From NCBI GenBank assembly GCA_043745805.1, contig JAYTSD010000017.1:128001-192000 (forward strand): 64,000 nucleotides of DNA. The letters run 5' to 3'. The notes beneath the pieces were generated by a model. The model did no database searches. It was not told the origin of the DNA and worked only from the letters and a program-made list of their open reading frames with translations. A program made the position numbers and the translations under genes. Shown here one piece after another: positions 39,654 through 48,969 of the stretch; position 1 is the stretch's first letter, and each line of letters starts with the position of its first letter. This DNA comes from Fibrobacteria bacterium (GTDB lineage: Bacteria; Fibrobacterota; Fibrobacteria; UBA11236).

Positions 39654-40568
39654 TTAAGTATTCTCACCAGAATTTTGCACATGATCAAGAATACTTTTTT
39701 GATCACCGGCTTCTATCCAGTGAATAGGAATTCCCCTTTTTTCCATACCTCGAAAATAAGTTTCTTGCCTTTTGGCAAGATGACGAATTTCATTTTCTAA
39801 ATCCATAGCCATTTTATTATAAGATTTCTCGCCACATAAATACGCCGCAATTTCCCTGTATTCCATACCCAACAAGTCTAAACGGTGGCGTGATAATCCA
39901 TTTTCCATAAGCAGTTTCACTTCCTCTATCATACCGGATTGTAAACGCTGATGAAGCCTTTCGGCAATGCGCGCTTGCAATAAAGGTCTTTCCATTTTTA
40001 TCGCAAATACAGTGAAAGTAAAAGGTTCTTTTGGAAGTTCGCCGTAGGAAATTGGCGCCAATTTTTCGGCTTCCATAATTTCCAAGGCGCGGACAATTCT
40101 TTTTTTACTGCTTTTATCGGTACTATCCCAAAGCAAGCTTGAGGCTTCCTCTTGTAATTTATGCAATAATTCTGTTTGCGGAAGCTGAGATAATTCATTG
40201 CGCAAACTAAAGTTTTCGGGAATATTGGCAATACGATATTGCTTAAGCACCGCTTCGATATATAATCCGCTGCCGCCGCAAAGAATTATGGATGATGATT
40301 TTTGAGTATTTAAAATTTGATAAAAATCTTGTTGATAACGAAACAAACTATACACTTCATGCGGCTCAATAATATCGATTAAATGATAAGTAATGGCCTG
40401 AGCGTATTTTCGATATTCCTGTAAATCTTTACCGGATCCAATATCGAGACCTTTATACACTTGGCGAGAGTCTGCAGAAATAATTTCGCTATTTATTTTA
40501 TGGGCAATCTCCACCGCTAAGGCAGTTTTGCCCGTAGCAGTTGGCCCACATATTACTATCACATGCAT
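39654..40568 (-). CDS. miaA: tRNA dimethylallyltransferase
   Basis: GPTATGKT, SADSRQVY, DIGSGKD, GGSGLY, AKRQ.T.FR. Confidence 0.92.
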   Translation of the reverse strand: MHVIVICGPTATGKTALAVEIAHKINSEIISADSRQVYKGLDIGSGKDLQEYRKYAQAITYHLIDIIEPHEVYSLFRYQQDFYQILNTQKSSSIILCGGSGLYIEAVLKQYRIANIPENFSLRNELSQLPQTELLHKLQEEASSLLWDSTDKSSKKRIVRALEIMEAEKLAPISYGELPKEPFTFTVFAIKMERPLLQARIAERLHQRLQSGMIEEVKLLMENGLSRHRLDLLGMEYREIAAYLCGEKSYNKMAMDLENEIRHLAKRQETYFRGMEKRGIPIHWIEAGDQKSILDHVQNSGENT

Positions 40569-40570
40569 AT

Positions 40571-41797
40571 TTATTCGGCCTTACCCAGAACCAGCGATAA
40601 TTTATTTCGCATCACATTTAACTGCTGTTCAGTTTTTGCCACTACGCACCAACCAATACGTTTTGGATGAACCTGTTGTTGGTTCTTTGTATAAATCAAA
40701 GGTGTGGTTAAGAAAATACCTTCTTGGTGAAGCGGATGGTAATTAATATCATCCAAAATATTTTCCCATTGCGCATAATTGGTGGGTAAAGTTAAAGCAT
40801 GGGTTGAGGGCAGTTGCCAAAGCAAATGTCTATCGGGTAATAATTTACTGATTTGATGGGCTGGAAAGGCCATGGAATATCGCGCATTAATATCGACCAG
40901 TGGACGTAACTTTAATGTTTCCTTATCTTTCCAGACATAAATATCAAAATTCACCGGCCCAAAATAGCCTTCCGTATAAAGTGCATTCGCTAAAGATGAA
41001 ATCGTTTTGTGTAATGAATTTTCCCAAGGCTTTAAAAATTTTTGCTCAGGATCAAGTTGTACGCCTAAGAAAACACCTTGTGCGGAATTGTGTAAGCGAT
41101 GAAAACGTGGAATGCTGATTTCACCTTGTTGTGATAATTCAAAAAAACAACCCATGTCTAAAACCCTTTCATGAAAAGGTTCTAAAACCACACAACCATT
41201 TTCATGTAAAAATTTTTGTACCACCTGTTCATCAGTGGCATTCATTCCCTCTCTGGAAATATAGCGATGCCCCGCGCCAGCATTACCGTGATTTGCTTTA
41301 ATCACCCACTGTTTTGGAGAGTCTTCAAATTTTTGTAAATGATTTTTTAAAATTTCTATTTCATAAAAAATGCCACCTTGCGACAAAGGTTGATCCAAAT
41401 TTTGTGAGGAAGAGATTTCTAAAGCACTTTCTAATGTAAAACTAAAACTCCTGCTATTGACCTTCGCAATAATTGCTGCAGAAGGGCAAGGTGTGGGATT
41501 ATTATGTAAATCATTCAAGGCGCACGTTTGTTTATTCCAGCCAAAAGGTTTAAAGTGAGACTGGACTTTAATTTGTGGGTATAATAAAGTTTGTGGGCAA
41601 ACCAAACCTATGCGTTTAAGATAGGTAAAATACTCTTGCGGAAAATTATAATGCGCTAATAAAGTATCGTCGGCTTCACAGGCAAAAAGATAGTGCATAC
41701 TTAATTCATGTAAAAAAGTATCTCCCTGTTGGGCTAAAAGAGAAGGTGTACCACGTAAGGTACGGTCAAATTCGGCATTAAAATAATAGGTATTCAC
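40571..41797 (-). CDS. Uncharacterised ATP-grasp-fold protein
   Basis: WVIK..HGNAG.G, VLEPF, GYFGPVNFD, LVDINARYSM. Confidence 0.7.
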   Translation of the reverse strand: MNTYYFNAEFDRTLRGTPSLLAQQGDTFLHELSMHYLFACEADDTLLAHYNFPQEYFTYLKRIGLVCPQTLLYPQIKVQSHFKPFGWNKQTCALNDLHNNPTPCPSAAIIAKVNSRSFSFTLESALEISSSQNLDQPLSQGGIFYEIEILKNHLQKFEDSPKQWVIKANHGNAGAGHRYISREGMNATDEQVVQKFLHENGCVVLEPFHERVLDMGCFFELSQQGEISIPRFHRLHNSAQGVFLGVQLDPEQKFLKPWENSLHKTISSLANALYTEGYFGPVNFDIYVWKDKETLKLRPLVDINARYSMAFPAHQISKLLPDRHLLWQLPSTHALTLPTNYAQWENILDDINYHPLHQEGIFLTTPLIYTKNQQQVHPKRIGWCVVAKTEQQLNVMRNKLSLVLGKAE

Positions 41798-41856
41798 GTA
41801 AAAATATTTTCACTAGCTAGTTTAATAATCATGGCATAATAAGGCATGGATATTTT

Positions 41857-42408
41857 TTATTTGAGCGGTAATGCAAGAGGATAAATGTTTTCTAAACAAT
41901 ATATTGAGCCGTCGGGTTTTAATTCACTGGAGTATAAAGCAAATTCATTCATCTCTAGGCTTTCGCTGCAAAACAAAGAATTACGCATCATATATTCCCC
42001 TACCCATTCCGGACGCGCTGATTTTAATTTTGCTAGGGTAACATGAGGATGAAATTTGCGTTTATCCATGTCAAGGGAAAGTGTTCCTAAGGCACGCTCC
42101 ACTTTGTGCTGTAATTGTAATAATTCCGAAGAGGGCTCTACTCCCGCCCAAAGCGTAAGGGGATTTCCACGTAAAGGAAAGTTACCTAAACCTTTGAGCG
42201 TAATGGAAAAACTAGGTATGGAAATCTTTTCTAAAACTCGATTAATTTCCGAAAGTAATACCGTATCGACTTCACCAATAAATCGTAAAGTTAAATGATA
42301 TTTTTCTTGATCGGTCCAATCTGCTCCTGGTAAATCGCAGGCAATTTCTTGTAATTGTTGACTTACCTCTCGGTTAATGGCTAAAGCTACAAATAGTCTT
42401 TTTTTCAT
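41857..42408 (-). CDS. thpR: RNA 2',3'-cyclic phosphodiesterase (2H family)
   Basis: RLFVAL, HLTLRFIG, FHPHVTLA, LYSSEL...G..Y. Confidence 0.93.
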   Translation of the reverse strand: MKKRLFVALAINREVSQQLQEIACDLPGADWTDQEKYHLTLRFIGEVDTVLLSEINRVLEKISIPSFSITLKGLGNFPLRGNPLTLWAGVEPSSELLQLQHKVERALGTLSLDMDKRKFHPHVTLAKLKSARPEWVGEYMMRNSLFCSESLEMNEFALYSSELKPDGSIYCLENIYPLALPLK

Positions 42409-42535
42409 TCACTAAGGCTTCCCCGATAGTTATGGCTTCCGCGTTGTCTTTGGTTGTCACGTAAACAAAAATGCTCTTCATACAAAGAAAAGTAAAAACA
42501 AAATCAAAAACCTAGGAGCAAGGATTAAATGCATT

Positions 42536-42544
42536 TGGTATAAT
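42536..42544 (+). promoter_or_regulatory. Extended -10 promoter element
   Basis: TG-G-TATAAT upstream of the patatin-like gene. Confidence 0.45.
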
Positions 42545-42571
42545 AAGGAAAGATTTAACCAATGAAACCAT

Positions 42572-44959
42572 TTGCTGGCAAAAAAAACCTCATTCGTATA
42601 TAAATCCTTATATAACCTGTTAAAGTTTGGAAGGCCATTTTTGCTTTGCGGCATTTTTATGTCTATACTTGTTTTACCCCTACAAGCTTATGTGGCCTAT
42701 AGCACTAGTGATTCCGTTATTAATAAACCCGATACGCTTAATACTATTCATGTAAATAATTTAAAAATCGATTCAACGTACACCGCTATGGAGAAGCCTA
42801 TTCCCCATTATCACACCGTACTTTTTTTAAGTGCCGAAGATTTAACTTTTTATAGCACCATAGGTTTATTACAAGCTTTGGAAGAGTTAAACTTAAGTCC
42901 GGATATTATTGTGGCTGAAAGTAAAACGGCTTTATTAGGCGTGGCTTGGGCTTTAGGTTACTCGGCGCAAGAGATGCGCATTCAATTTGTGCAAAACCCT
43001 GCAAACTCTTTATTTATACTTGATACGCATTTAGGGAATGAGGAAAAAAATAATTTAGTCTCCCCATTAAAAATTTCTTTTAATAATATAAGTCCCTTGC
43101 CCAATCATTTTAACTTTGAAATTGCCACTCAAAAAAAACCAGAGTTTTTGAATTTATCTTGGACGATTGCTTTGCTTACCTACAATACACCATTTGGTCC
43201 CATCGATAAAATGGAAAATACGCCTTATCCTTTGGCCCTGCAAATGCTTCCTACAAAGGACTCTGTGATTGAGCTGGTACAAAATGGATCGCTACAAAAT
43301 CTATTAAAAGCCTGCGTGGCACCATCCAATTTAACTCTAACGCGATCTGATTTGTCACATTTTCAACCAGGTGAATGGGTTACTGGACATAATCCTAAAC
43401 CGAATAAATGGCCTTTCAGTTTTGATCATATTCTCATGCTTAAACCATCGGGTCATGAACCACCCGCTAACTTAGATCAACATCGATCAAATACTGTCGA
43501 TTCAGTATTTTTTAATTGGCAAAAAAACTTGGCTAATATGGAAAGTTCATTGTATCGCAATAAAATTTTTGAAATCATTTTTACGCCTCCTGCAAGTGAT
43601 TCTGTGAATTTATGGATCGAGGCGGGTTATCAAGCGACTCTTCAAAATAGAGATCCTTTAAGAACTACGCTTAATGCGAAAAATAATGCTGCCAACATAG
43701 TAATGGCAACGTTACAAAAAAATAAAATATCGGCTAAATCATCTTTAGTGTCGAGTTTAAAAAATGCTGGACTTTTGGGTAAACCTATATTAGGTGATAT
43801 TTTAAACTCGAATTATACCCAAAATGATAGTAATGGCTATTCCGCTATTCGTGCATTAACTAATTCCGATTTTTATTCACAATTAGATGTGGAATGGTTT
43901 AAATCTTCGCAGGATCCTCAACCCACATTACAATTTTACGCTAGTGAAAAACCTAAAATATTATTTGAAGGTGGCGCCGAAGCCAGTATGCAAGGGTATC
44001 CTGAGCTTTATGGACAATTATCATGGGCCGAGCCTTTTTATATTCCCTTTAAACTAGAGGGTGCGGCCATAACGGGATTAAGGGAAACCGGGTTGGGGTG
44101 GCAAATGGGTGTATACCCTATTTTCCCTATGAAATTAGCACTCACTTTTTCACAATTGCAAAGAGATATGGAATATAAAATTCCTCCGGATAAAATTATT
44201 GAAATGGGTGGAAGGGGTTATTTCCTTCGCCAAAATCGTCAGCGATTTGCCTTAGCCTATTTTCCCTTTCCGGCAACTTGGCTTAAATTTGCTTTGGCGA
44301 AGAACTTTTATCTTAGTGGTTATGATATGGAAAATGGTAAGCTCGGATTTAGTACTATGGATATTAGTAAAGAAATTCATATTCCCATTCCTAATATTTT
44401 ATCGAGTAAAAAAAATAATGGCGAATTAATGCTGCATCATGAAAATCGTTTTCCTAAAAATGAATCTGGAGAAGTACAAGATTCTGTGCAATGGGTCGAA
44501 GCCTTACTATCCTTGGCATTTGGCCCTGTGCAACTTAAAACCCAATATTACTGGTCGGATTTTATTTTTAATAATCGGACACTTTTTTTTGATCCACAAA
44601 TCTATTATGATCCCTTTTTGGCAGGGGAAATTCAGGCCTTAGATTTACAAGAAAATTATTTTTTGTATTCACTAAGAGCAAATCATTTCCTTAATCCAAA
44701 AATGACTTATACTGATGCCATTTATAATTTTGAATATGCTGTCAGTGTGGGTCGCTATTATATTCTGGGCGATCGGTTTTCACAGGAGATAAAATCAACT
44801 GTTCAGGATTATGGCGAAGCCTTATTGCGATACCAAACACCTTTTGGACCGATTCAAATTGGTTTGGGTTCTTTAGGACTAAGAAGAGCTACTTTTTTTT
44901 CTCTAAAAATTGGGGTTCACGGCAGTTTATTGAATTTGCTTGATCATTCTTCCTTGTAA
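42572..44959 (+). CDS. Degenerate patatin-like domain plus probable Omp85-like barrel (PlpD-type architecture)
   Basis: VLFLSAEDL..IGLLQALEE....DIIVAESKTALLG..WALGYSAQEM aligns with the patatin N-terminus; C-terminal YQTPFGPIQIGLG barrel motif. Start uncertain. Confidence 0.65.
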   Translation: MLAKKTSFVYKSLYNLLKFGRPFLLCGIFMSILVLPLQAYVAYSTSDSVINKPDTLNTIHVNNLKIDSTYTAMEKPIPHYHTVLFLSAEDLTFYSTIGLLQALEELNLSPDIIVAESKTALLGVAWALGYSAQEMRIQFVQNPANSLFILDTHLGNEEKNNLVSPLKISFNNISPLPNHFNFEIATQKKPEFLNLSWTIALLTYNTPFGPIDKMENTPYPLALQMLPTKDSVIELVQNGSLQNLLKACVAPSNLTLTRSDLSHFQPGEWVTGHNPKPNKWPFSFDHILMLKPSGHEPPANLDQHRSNTVDSVFFNWQKNLANMESSLYRNKIFEIIFTPPASDSVNLWIEAGYQATLQNRDPLRTTLNAKNNAANIVMATLQKNKISAKSSLVSSLKNAGLLGKPILGDILNSNYTQNDSNGYSAIRALTNSDFYSQLDVEWFKSSQDPQPTLQFYASEKPKILFEGGAEASMQGYPELYGQLSWAEPFYIPFKLEGAAITGLRETGLGWQMGVYPIFPMKLALTFSQLQRDMEYKIPPDKIIEMGGRGYFLRQNRQRFALAYFPFPATWLKFALAKNFYLSGYDMENGKLGFSTMDISKEIHIPIPNILSSKKNNGELMLHHENRFPKNESGEVQDSVQWVEALLSLAFGPVQLKTQYYWSDFIFNNRTLFFDPQIYYDPFLAGEIQALDLQENYFLYSLRANHFLNPKMTYTDAIYNFEYAVSVGRYYILGDRFSQEIKSTVQDYGEALLRYQTPFGPIQIGLGSLGLRRATFFSLKIGVHGSLLNLLDHSSL

Positions 44960-45186
44960 TTCGCTAATACGGGAAAACTTGTTTCGGTAAGTGTAAAAGA
45001 TTTCAACGATTTTCTTATAATTTTCCAGAAATTCCTACAATGTTGAATGTTTTTTGGTTCATTTTACCTTAGATTAGAATATGTTTATTGAGAATTTAAT
45101 GACTAAACGTTTACAACTGCATCCTATCCAAAATTTTTGTAGTGCAATTTAAATCATTTTTTTTTTAAAATAATTCAAATACTTTG

Positions 45187-45206
45187 CGATTTATTCCAAT
45201 AAATCG
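45187..45206. promoter_or_regulatory. Perfect 9-2-9 palindrome, putative operator of the fibro-slime gene
   Basis: CGATTTATT-CC-AATAAATCG, 55 bp upstream of ATG 45262. Confidence 0.5.
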
Positions 45207-45261
45207 ATTAATTTCATTAAATGCCGTAGTGCAAAAATGCTTTCAACTGAAGGAGCGACAC

Positions 45262-48200
45262 ATGAGTAAGACATCCCTGAAATTTTGGGGGGCGATAAGT
45301 TTTCTTTTAAGCCTTACTGCGCAAAGCTGGGGACAGGCTAAGCCAGCCTTTTTACCTATTACTATTAAGATTCGCGATCAAATGGAATGGGGATCAGGCG
45401 GTATTAAAGACACCACTAGTGCTAATCCACAAAACCATCAATTTGAAGGTCCAAATATTCATGCTGCAAATGTGAATGCTGCAACTACTGGGGTTTTAAA
45501 AGCAATTATTGATACTACGGGTAACATAAATGTTTTGGACTCTGCTGAGTTTAAATTCGACAATCGCACCCCTAAACTGGCCCTTCCGTTGGCCACAGTT
45601 TACCCTGCAAAACTTTATCCACGACCAGAGCGGTTTGAAGAATGGTACAATGATTCCAGTGCATCTAAAAATCGTTCTTTCTTAAAAACTGTTAATTTAA
45701 CTCGCGTTGGTACTACTGACAATTATGAATTTAGAGATGATAATTTTTTCCCATTAGATATAATAGGGACCGGCGCAACGGATACAAGAAAAGTTGATCC
45801 TGTAAACGGACCCGATCCATTTGGCCTATCGTATATCTTTAACGGCGCTACTCCCACAAAGCAAGTCCATAATTATGGTTTTACGGTAGAATTCCACTCC
45901 CGCTTTACATTCGTAAATCAAGGTAAACAAGTATTCACATTTACAGGAGATGACGATGTATGGGTATTTATAAATGGTAAATTAGCCATCGATTTGGGTG
46001 GAGACCATCAGGCACTTACTGCGACGGTAGATTTAGACAATCCCTTAACCCAACAACAATTGGGATTAGTGGACGGGGAAACCTATATCCTTGATTTTTT
46101 CTACGCTGAAAGACAATTCACAACGTCTCACATGAAAATCACTACCAGTATTCTTCTTGATGCTAAGGAAGTCCCTGCCGAACTTTATTTCACGGATGCA
46201 AATGGAAGTAAGCTTGCTCCTGGAGCTACTATTCTTCCATCCACTCCAACTCTAAATCTTATATATGTCGATGATTATGGAAAAGGTACACCTCCCGACA
46301 ATTTAACCTTGACAATAAAAAATCGTAACGGAAATGCACCGGGTGATGTGGAAACTATACTCGTTAAAAATTTTACTGCCACTCAGTTAGGGGATGCGAG
46401 CACTTGGAAAATTTCTATTCCATTGGTGGAGTTACAAAATGCTATCCCGCAAGATGGCAAAGCTGAAACATACTATTTTAGTGAAGTTAATGCCTCTATC
46501 AAAACCAGGAATCCTAAAGGTTTATTGGATGGTGGAACTGTGGAGTCGAATTTAAATATTACCAATCCCGATGTAACTGGTAAAATTGAAATCACCGATG
46601 CAAAAAATCCATTAATACCTATCGATAGGGCCACGGATTCGATTAAAATAAAAGTGATTGATCAAAGTTTTTCAAAATTTCAAGACACCCTTTTTGCTAC
46701 CGTAACTTGTTCCGGAACAGGTGATGTAGCGAATGTCAAATTAGTCGAACAACAACCCGTAACCACAAACCCAGCAACATATATAAATGTTACGCCCATC
46801 TTGAAAGATGAAGGAAATGTTGCAAGCGTGGGTCCAACTTTAACTTGTAAATCAGGTGATGTTTTAATTGTAAAATATACAGACCCAGTTTATCTTGGCA
46901 CTACACAAGACCAAGTAAGTTGGACGGTAAAGGGAGCTGATGCATTAAAATTTACATCCGTAATTGATCTGGCTACACCCATTACTCAAATAGAAGATAA
47001 AGATCCGCATACATTTGCTATAGTAACATCAGGTGCGGACCCTACAGCTAATAAAATTGATAATGTGAACATTATCATAACATCACCTCAAGGGGAGAGT
47101 GAAACCTTTCCAGCGATTGAAACAGGACCTAATTCAGGTATATTTATTTTGCCTACGGTCACCTATGGATATACCGTAGGGGCTCCTATTGCTGGTGATG
47201 GAATATTGCAAGCCCAGCTCAACCCTAATTCAGTAGACAATAGTGTTGTATTCACAGCAAAGGTTACCATTGGAACAGGTAGCCTTCAATCAAAAACCAT
47301 CACATTGACATCTTCGTTAAACCCTGTGGTTATGGCCTATATCAAAGATGAAAATGGTGATGGACGTGGAGATAAAGTGTATGTGGTATTTAAAAATAAA
47401 TTAGCTGCGGTACCGGATCCAATTGATGGCGTGTATTGGAATGTATCAGATGACGCACATAAAAAAATACCTAAAGCGGGTACAGTCTCTACCGATGGCG
47501 ATAAAACTGTAATTATTGATTTTTCTAAAGATCAATTTCCCTTAAATTTAACCGGCATTGGAATCGGTGCAGCGCCAATAGTTAGTTTGCCTGCAGGAAG
47601 TGTTTTCAACGCACAGAAACCAGTTATAGTTGATTCTATCGGCCCTAAAATTGTTTTCGCCTATAAAAAACCTTGGGATCCAACAAAAACCGTTCCCGGT
47701 TCTAATGCCTTAAACATTGATACGATATTGGTAACCTTATCGGAACCGTTAGATAAAAATATAGTGGATTTAAGTGTGCTAATTAAATTCGGTACCGGCG
47801 ATGGAAAACAATGTGTTTCCTATGCTTTGGCATCGACTCTTGTGGGTGATGTAAAGCGCTTGACCGATACCACTTATATAATTCTAGTAAATAATGGAAA
47901 CGCCGGAAAAGGCTCTCCTCTTTTTGGGAATGGAAATAACTGTGCATATTTAAATGCAGGTGGAAAATATACGGATATTAATTTTAATAAGCCCGGCTTA
48001 GTTGGTGTTGAATTAGGTGGAAGTGATCCTGCTAAACAAGTTGTTTTGCGTGGCTATCCTCCTGTTGTAGGCATATCCAGTGATGTAAATTCCGAAAAGT
48101 TTCGCATAGGCACACAAGACAATCCCAATGGTAATCCTTACGCGACCTCAAGGGATTCCATGATTGCCGTTTACTGGATTCCTCCAGCGGGTTGGGATTT

Positions 48201-48633
48201 TGCTGGCAAAGATGCTACGAAATTCGAGTTAGATAGAGCAAAATATTTACCTAACGGTATTAATGGTGATGTCTCAACTTCAATTCCACAAGATAACAGT
48301 AGATTGCCTGAGCCCATTCCTCAAAATGTAAGCCTAATTCAGGTGGTTTCCTTAGGTCGCTATATTGCGAATGTAAGTATTTTCGATAATTTAGGTCATT
48401 TTATGAAATCCTTTAAACAAGCTTTTGGATATCAAGGTGAGCTGGATAACCGTAATCGCATTTCTCAAAATGGTCCTCGTGGAATGGTGAGTTATTTGGT
48501 TTGGGATTTAAAAGACAAAAATGGAGCGATGGCTGGTCAGGGTGTGTACATTTGGAAAATTGCATTTTCATATCCACAAAACAAAAAAACCGAAATCGAA
48601 TATGTGCGCATTGGGTTAATGCGTCAAAAATAA
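45262..48633 (+). CDS. Fibro-slime (PA14-like) domain surface protein with Ig-like stalk and FlgD-like C-terminal domain
   Basis: AAGGAG RBS, signal peptide, FFPLD, HNYGFT.E, FTGDDDVWVFINGKLAIDLGG.H, FYAER; C-terminal VWDLKDKNG..AGQGVYIWK. Confidence 0.9.
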   Translation: MSKTSLKFWGAISFLLSLTAQSWGQAKPAFLPITIKIRDQMEWGSGGIKDTTSANPQNHQFEGPNIHAANVNAATTGVLKAIIDTTGNINVLDSAEFKFDNRTPKLALPLATVYPAKLYPRPERFEEWYNDSSASKNRSFLKTVNLTRVGTTDNYEFRDDNFFPLDIIGTGATDTRKVDPVNGPDPFGLSYIFNGATPTKQVHNYGFTVEFHSRFTFVNQGKQVFTFTGDDDVWVFINGKLAIDLGGDHQALTATVDLDNPLTQQQLGLVDGETYILDFFYAERQFTTSHMKITTSILLDAKEVPAELYFTDANGSKLAPGATILPSTPTLNLIYVDDYGKGTPPDNLTLTIKNRNGNAPGDVETILVKNFTATQLGDASTWKISIPLVELQNAIPQDGKAETYYFSEVNASIKTRNPKGLLDGGTVESNLNITNPDVTGKIEITDAKNPLIPIDRATDSIKIKVIDQSFSKFQDTLFATVTCSGTGDVANVKLVEQQPVTTNPATYINVTPILKDEGNVASVGPTLTCKSGDVLIVKYTDPVYLGTTQDQVSWTVKGADALKFTSVIDLATPITQIEDKDPHTFAIVTSGADPTANKIDNVNIIITSPQGESETFPAIETGPNSGIFILPTVTYGYTVGAPIAGDGILQAQLNPNSVDNSVVFTAKVTIGTGSLQSKTITLTSSLNPVVMAYIKDENGDGRGDKVYVVFKNKLAAVPDPIDGVYWNVSDDAHKKIPKAGTVSTDGDKTVIIDFSKDQFPLNLTGIGIGAAPIVSLPAGSVFNAQKPVIVDSIGPKIVFAYKKPWDPTKTVPGSNALNIDTILVTLSEPLDKNIVDLSVLIKFGTGDGKQCVSYALASTLVGDVKRLTDTTYIILVNNGNAGKGSPLFGNGNNCAYLNAGGKYTDINFNKPGLVGVELGGSDPAKQVVLRGYPPVVGISSDVNSEKFRIGTQDNPNGNPYATSRDSMIAVYWIPPAGWDFAGKDATKFELDRAKYLPNGINGDVSTSIPQDNSRLPEPIPQNVSLIQVVSLGRYIANVSIFDNLGHFMKSFKQAFGYQGELDNRNRISQNGPRGMVSYLVWDLKDKNGAMAGQGVYIWKIAFSYPQNKKTEIEYVRIGLMRQK

Positions 48634-48670
48634 CCGTTTGCTTTTGTAAAGCTTTTAAAATCAGTTAGTT

Positions 48671-48698
48671 AAAGCCGAGGCAACTCGGCTTTTTTTTT
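48671..48698 (+). terminator. Rho-independent terminator
   Basis: AAAGCCGAG-GCAA-CTCGGCTTT plus T run. Confidence 0.88.
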
Positions 48699-48969
48699 GT
48701 GCTCAAAAATAGATGACTTAAGGGATAAACTTTTGTTTTTTTGCGAATTTATATTTGTTAGGTTTTATCTCGTTTTATACCTATAAATAAAGGGCTTTCC
48801 CTTTACTCTGACGATTAAAAACGCGATAATTATTCATGACTACAAAGAACCATTCCTCTATGGACAACAAATTGCCTTTAAAAATAATCATAGGACTAAC
48901 CCTCATGAATTTTTATTATCTATGCATTGGACTTTTTGGGGGATTTTAGAATGGGTGAGCGGGGATATT

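Noticed and set aside
44583-44900. T8 tracts in the patatin-like gene as phase-variation sites
   Set aside because: Short runs encoding Phe/Leu, common in this AT-rich sequence; the frame is intact.
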